A stretch of 64,000 bases of DNA from Octopus sinensis (Eukaryota), in assembly GCF_006345805.1 (NCBI RefSeq), contig NC_043022.1:8246001-8310000 (forward strand). The letters run 5' to 3'. Position numbers and translations under genes: made by a program. Below are positions 63,996 through 64,000 of the stretch, piece after piece. Below the pieces are notes generated by a model. It ran no database searches and had not been told where the DNA came from. It saw only the letters and a list, made by a program, of their open reading frames with translations. Every line of letters starts with the position of its first letter. Position 1 is the stretch's first letter.

Positions 63996-64000
63996 TGTAT

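Overview
AT-rich, repeat-saturated animal genomic DNA with one 100-N assembly gap (22234-22333). The repeat families (tRNA-headed CORE-type SINEs of the OR type, RTE LINE 3' ends with (GAT)n tails, extreme (TA)n/(CA)n/(CTAT)n load) point to an octopus genome; this is an inference. No intact protein-coding gene, rRNA, tRNA or CRISPR array is supported. Almost all long ORFs in the track are microsatellite artefacts, and the real coding remnants are decayed transposon fragments: mariner x3, DD37D/maT, CR1 x4, RTE, R4/Dong-like RLE x2, a Penelope-like RT and one young CR1/L2-group LINE end. The most notable content is RNA-structural. (1) A 365-bp, terminally redundant, ORF-less unit at 15916-16606 carries a well-formed type-I hammerhead ribozyme with a compensatory U3-A8 core, present twice in inverted orientation (retrozyme-like or Penelope-terminal). 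(2) A ~370-bp foldback at 46384-46756 has a hammerhead-like motif in each arm. (3) An orphan RTE 5' end at 25417 can fold into four hairpins with two loop-loop pairings. (4) A family of GG-terminated MITEs with 8-bp target-site duplications (Merlin-like) includes one member nested inside another. SINE coordinates are approximate (about +/-10-20 bp).
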